Source: an uncultured Pseudomonadales bacterium (GTDB lineage: Bacteria; Pseudomonadota; Gammaproteobacteria; Pseudomonadales; JADFDG01). Taken from it: DNA of 64,000 nucleotides. Position 1 is the first letter of the stretch. Each line of letters starts with the position of its first letter. Made by a program: the position numbers and the translations under genes. Location: contig CAZNPF010000003.1 of assembly GCA_964574995.1 (NCBI GenBank), forward strand, positions 2,507 through 66,506, in the 5' to 3' direction. The notes beneath the pieces were generated by a model, which did not search any database, was not told where the DNA came from, and saw nothing but the letters and a program-made list of their open reading frames with translations. Of the stretch, positions 60,253 through 64,000 are shown piece by piece.

Positions 60253-62205
60253 TCACTGCAGCGGAAGTGCCTCCGGCGCATTCAGCGCCTGCTCGATACG
60301 CTGACGTTGCATGTCGTCCACTGTGTGCGTGGTTGCAAATTTTTCGTATTCCACGCGAGCCTCTTGCATGCGTCCGGCGTAAGCCAAGTTTTTGATCAGC
60401 GATTCCTCGGCTTCCGGCAAACCGGAAGCCGCCGCTTGCCGTGCCAGCGCGAGGCCTTTTTCGTGTTCGCCCATCACCCGCGTGAAAAAAGTTCCTGCCG
60501 TGCGACGGAACTTGTTGCGGAGTTTGGTTGGCATCTGTGGCTGCGTAAGTAGCAAATCGATGTATTCGCCGAATCGGGCACGTGACACGGGGCACTGAGG
60601 AACCAGCAGGCAACTGGCCATGACATTGGTCCAGTTTAACGCGTCTATATTTGCCGGCTGTTTGCGCGCCAACGCTAGCAGCGCTTGCCAATACACGTCC
60701 TGCTCGGCCGACGACCGCGCTTTAATCAATAGATAACCCAGTGCAGCATAAGGCTGATCCGACAGCGTGGCTGCGCGCTGAAAACCGGTTATGGCTTGTT
60801 GGTGATAAAGACGGGCCAAAGCAGGATTTTCTACTTGCTGCGCTTGTCGATCATAAAACGCTGCGTATTCCAAGGTGCCGTTATAAGAGTCGGCAAATTG
60901 TGGCAATTGAAAATGCGTGGCCATATTGGCCTCGGAGGACCACGTGTCGACCCGGGTGAGCAATTGAAAGCCGATAAACGCTAGCAGAATGATGAAAGCC
61001 ACAGCGCGCAAGGCGGTGTTGCGCAGTAGCGGATGCAGCAAGGCGGCGCCGGCCAGCAAGAGCCCGATCGATGCGCCGTAGTTGCGGTGTTCGTAGGAGA
61101 GAATCAATCCGTAAAGACTGGATTCCATCAGGTGGTTGATCAAAAAGAACAAAATACCGAAAGCCCAGAGTGAGGGGCGGCGCAGTAAGGCGGCAAGCGA
61201 AATGCCGCAGAGGAGAAACCAACCGAGTGCAGCCGGCAGCGTGGTCCATGGTGCGAACGCCGAGCGGGATATTGGAAGAAAATCGAGGAAAAATGACATC
61301 CGAGACGCATCGGGCCACAGGATTTCGCTGGTGTAATACCAGAGGATGCGGCCTTCGGTGAGTAGACGCTCGATGGGCGAAAAATCACGGACTAGGTAGG
61401 AGTTGGCAATAAATCGCGGCGGGAAAAGGGCCAGTAGGGCGAATGCCGAAAATATCAGGGCGACCAAGAGCCAACCGGTGAGTAGCGGACGAGCGATGCG
61501 CTGTCGGAATGCGGCCGGCAGCATCAATAATTCCAGCAAGCCTGCCAGTGGCAGGGCGAGCAGAGCGTTCTCTTTGCTGGCTAATCCCAATGCGAGAAAC
61601 AGCAGCGCAGCGGTAGCCCAAGTGATGCGTGCGCTTGGGCGCTGAGCAATAAAACGAGCCTGTAGCCAGCAGATCAGAAACGCTAAAGAGAACAGTAGTG
61701 ACAACTGCGTCATACGCTGAACGACATATAGCACCGTCGATACATTCAGCGGATGTAGCAACCAGATGGCAGTCACCACCAGCGGCAGCCATGTCGGCAT
61801 CAAAAATAATTGTCGGTTTAAGCCGCTGCGGCGCAATAGAGCCAAGAAAATAAACAACACGAGGCCGGTGACCACGTGAATGAAAATATTCGTCGACTTG
61901 AAGCACGTGCTTTCCAGCCCGCACTGGTAATAGTTCAGTGCGAAACTGGCCATGGGCAATGGCCGCGATGGCATGTTCTCTACGCTGCGACGTAGGGATT
62001 CGACGCTCAGTTCTGTGATTTGAATGCCGCTGTTGCCGGTGATGCGGCCAGTATCATCGTGAATGAATGGACCGATGATCCCTGGTAAATAGAGGACGAT
62101 GGTGGCGACGACGACGAGTAACAGCGAGTAGTAAACCCAGCGTGGCGATTGATCAGACGTTTGACCGGGTGTTGGCGTTGCGGTGTTGCTGTCTACGTCG
62201 CTCAC
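60253..62205 (-). CDS. polytopic GT-C-fold-like glycosyltransferase candidate with C-terminal TPR-like domain (TMTC/PMT_2/DUF1736-like)
   Basis: 650 aa with a GTG start overlapping the nadC stop (GTGA). About 11 hydrophobic helices. The first extracytoplasmic loop carries GPFIHDD (an acidic DD motif typical of GT-C enzymes). The C-terminal ~200 aa is soluble, helical and repeat-like. Confidence 0.65.
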   Translation of the reverse strand: MSDVDSNTATPTPGQTSDQSPRWVYYSLLLVVVATIVLYLPGIIGPFIHDDTGRITGNSGIQITELSVESLRRSVENMPSRPLPMASFALNYYQCGLESTCFKSTNIFIHVVTGLVLFIFLALLRRSGLNRQLFLMPTWLPLVVTAIWLLHPLNVSTVLYVVQRMTQLSLLFSLAFLICWLQARFIAQRPSARITWATAALLFLALGLASKENALLALPLAGLLELLMLPAAFRQRIARPLLTGWLLVALIFSAFALLALFPPRFIANSYLVRDFSPIERLLTEGRILWYYTSEILWPDASRMSFFLDFLPISRSAFAPWTTLPAALGWFLLCGISLAALLRRPSLWAFGILFFLINHLMESSLYGLILSYEHRNYGASIGLLLAGAALLHPLLRNTALRAVAFIILLAFIGFQLLTRVDTWSSEANMATHFQLPQFADSYNGTLEYAAFYDRQAQQVENPALARLYHQQAITGFQRAATLSDQPYAALGYLLIKARSSAEQDVYWQALLALARKQPANIDALNWTNVMASCLLVPQCPVSRARFGEYIDLLLTQPQMPTKLRNKFRRTAGTFFTRVMGEHEKGLALARQAAASGLPEAEESLIKNLAYAGRMQEARVEYEKFATTHTVDDMQRQRIEQALNAPEALPLQ

Positions 62206-63056
62206 GTGCGCTCCTCCAGCCGCATGGAAAGGTCTATGGCCTTGATGTGCTTGGTGAGCGCGCCAATCGAGATGTAATCAACACCGGTTTCCGCCAGCGC
62301 TACCAGCGAGCGTTCGTTGACGCCGCCGGACACTTCCAATTTCACGCGACCCCCGTTGTGAATCATGGCGGCTTGGATATCGGTGAGTGAGAAATCATCA
62401 AGCATGACGATGTCGGCCTGAGCAGAGAGTGCCTGCATCAGTTCATCGAGTGTTTCTACTTCCACTTCTACCGGTTTACCGGGTGCGAGTTGGCGCGCAG
62501 CGGCAACGGCGGCCGCAATGGAGCCACAAGCGGCGATGTGGTTTTCTTTGATCAGGAAGGCATCCCACAGGCCCAGCCGATGGTTATAGCAGCCACCAAC
62601 ATTGACTGCGTATTTCTGCGCAATTCGCAGCCCAGGCAGGGTCTTGCGCGTGTCGAGCAGCTTCACGCGGGTGTGGGCAACTAGATCGGCGTAATGCCTC
62701 GCAACGGTGGCGGTCGCCGACAGGGTTTGCAGGAAGTTCAGGGCCGTGCGCTCACCCGTCAGTAGGGCGCGGGCAGGTCCTTCGAGATGAAACAGGGTGC
62801 TACCGGCCTCGACACGCTCACCTTCTTGCGCCTGCCAAGTCACGCGGACGTCGGGGCTCAACTGGCGGAACACTTCATCGACCCACGGGCCGCCGGCGAC
62901 GACGCAGTTTTCGCGGGTAATGACCCGACCGCGGGCCTGCTGATGCGCGGGCACTAATTGCACGGTCAAATCGCCACTACCGATGTCCTCGGCCAAGGCT
63001 GCGCGCACTTGGGCGCGAAGGGCATCCTGCCAGACGGACAGATCGAAGCTGCTCAA
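62202..63056 (-). CDS. nadC: nicotinate-nucleotide pyrophosphorylase (quinolinate phosphoribosyltransferase) NadC
   Basis: 284 aa with EDIGSGDLT near the N-terminus, [22 protein letters not shown], and MLDDFS / EVSGG. Confidence 0.95.
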   Translation of the reverse strand: MSSFDLSVWQDALRAQVRAALAEDIGSGDLTVQLVPAHQQARGRVITRENCVVAGGPWVDEVFRQLSPDVRVTWQAQEGERVEAGSTLFHLEGPARALLTGERTALNFLQTLSATATVARHYADLVAHTRVKLLDTRKTLPGLRIAQKYAVNVGGCYNHRLGLWDAFLIKENHIAACGSIAAAVAAARQLAPGKPVEVEVETLDELMQALSAQADIVMLDDFSLTDIQAAMIHNGGRVKLEVSGGVNERSLVALAETGVDYISIGALTKHIKAIDLSMRLEERT

Positions 63057-63201
63057 GCGATATTCTCCTGTGATGGGCTCAAGGGGCCAAATGCCACGCT
63101 AACCACCGACGTGGTGGGTTTGTCACGGAATACGGATTTCACATGGTGATTGCTGGCGCGGCTGGGGTACCCTACCACCAACTTCGTATCTGGTTGTATG
63201 C

Positions 63202-64000
63202 ATGACCGTACTGACAGCTCATCTTGTCGCGGTACGCACGGACGCAGTCGCCGCACTTCAAGAGTCGTTGAATGCCCTCTTTGCCGAGGCTGACGATAAG
63301 TTCTTCGATCTTTCCCAGAACGGCTCGATGGAAGAACAGCCGGTGTTTTTTGACGCCATGCGTGAATTACGCGTGCGGCGGGAAGCGTTGATCGAGCAAG
63401 TGATCGCCGGTTTCAGCGCCGATTTTGACGCGCTGACCAAACCGAAGAAGGCTGCCGCCAAGCCGATGGCGCTGTCGATGGACAGTCTGACCCTGCTGGG
63501 CGAAGACGAGCTCGATATTTCGGTGGCTTTTCAGAGCATGGTGGCGCGTTCCCGCGATGCTTTGGGTGCGCCGCTGGAGCATTTGCGCCAGCGGATCGGC
63601 AAGGAACTTCGTGTTGATCTGGACGTAGAGCGTTTGCCGTTTCACCCGACACTGTTTTGCGATCAATTCCGTCAGGCCAGCGAGCAAGCGGCGGTCCCGC
63701 TCAAAGCCAAGTTGATTCTCTACAAGATGTTCGAGCGCAGCGTGCTCGGGGAATTGCAGGATTTGATCGCTACCGCGAATCAAACCTTGGCGGAGGCGGG
63801 CGTTCTACCCGAAATCAAATCTGCACGACCGCGGCCCACGCCTTCGCGGGGCGGTAATAGTAGCCGCGCGCGACCCGACAATGATTCGGGTGGCGATGAC
63901 CGAAAACGGAAAAAAAATCGTACCGAGCGCTACGACGAAGACGATGACTCGGCAGATGCCGGTGCCATGCGCGAGTTGCTGGCTTTTGCGCGACAAGCCA
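63202..64000 (+). CDS. DUF1631-family protein, N-terminal part (runs off the right edge)
   Basis: Not in the ORF track because there is no stop in the window. My translation from the ATG at 63202 reads MTVLTAHLVAVRTDAVAALQESLNALFAEADDKFFDLSQNGSMEEQPVFFDAMRELRVRREALIEQ... The DD.LF.L......EQ..FFDAMRELR..R block matches my memory of DUF1631 N-termini, and the gene is divergent from nadC. Confidence 0.65.
   Translation, partial: MTVLTAHLVAVRTDAVAALQESLNALFAEADDKFFDLSQNGSMEEQPVFFDAMRELRVRREALIEQVIAGFSADFDALTKPKKAAAKPMALSMDSLTLLGEDELDISVAFQSMVARSRDALGAPLEHLRQRIGKELRVDLDVERLPFHPTLFCDQFRQASEQAAVPLKAKLILYKMFERSVLGELQDLIATANQTLAEAGVLPEIKSARPRPTPSRGGNSSRARPDNDSGGDDRKRKKNRTERYDEDDDSADAGAMRELLAFARQA

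Noticed and set aside
60028-62205. Genomic island integrated at tRNA-Thr and carrying the GT-C-like gene
   Set aside because: There is no integrase and no direct repeat of the tRNA 3' end downstream. The gene start overlaps the nadC stop codon, so it behaves as part of the nadC transcription unit rather than a recent insertion.

Overview
This is a GC-rich, almost gap-free stretch of gammaproteobacterial core chromosome. From memory, its gene order closely follows the Pseudomonas/Xanthomonadales-type arrangement. Layout from left to right: kdsC(partial)-kdsD (-); mlaFEDCB-ibaG-murA-hisGDC (+); DegS/AlgW-like protease (-); nif3 (+); small repeat protein -> 7TMR-DISM histidine kinase -> OmpR-type regulator (-); alpha/beta hydrolase-zapE and an acyl-CoA dehydrogenase (+); tas aldo-keto reductase (-); rplM-rpsI, petABC, sspAB (+); dolP-diaA-yraN-lpoA (-); rsmI, RNase P RNA, the complete dcw cluster mraZ-rsmH-ftsL-ftsI-murE-murF-mraY-murD-ftsW-murG-murC-ddl-ftsQ-ftsA-ftsZ, lpxC (+); DUF721 protein (-); M23 peptidase, secA, argJ, mutT fusion (+); yacG-coaE-pilD-pilC-pilB (-); pilA, a second pilin-like gene, tRNA-Thr (+); a GT-C-like/TPR membrane protein coupled to nadC (-); DUF1631 protein (partial, +). 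I saw no transposase, integrase, CRISPR array, prophage, toxin-antitoxin or recognisable defence genes, so most of the window is ordinary housekeeping DNA. Two places look non-core and worth follow-up. The first is the pilin locus: an atypical major pilin, an extra pilin-like gene in the pilA/tRNA-Thr accessory slot, and a large GT-C-like/TPR protein next door that could be a pilin glycosyltransferase. The second is an orphan two-component cassette preceded by an unrecognised, translationally coupled small tandem-repeat membrane protein. All functional calls rest on my reading of the translated ORFs and remembered family motifs. No database search was run.
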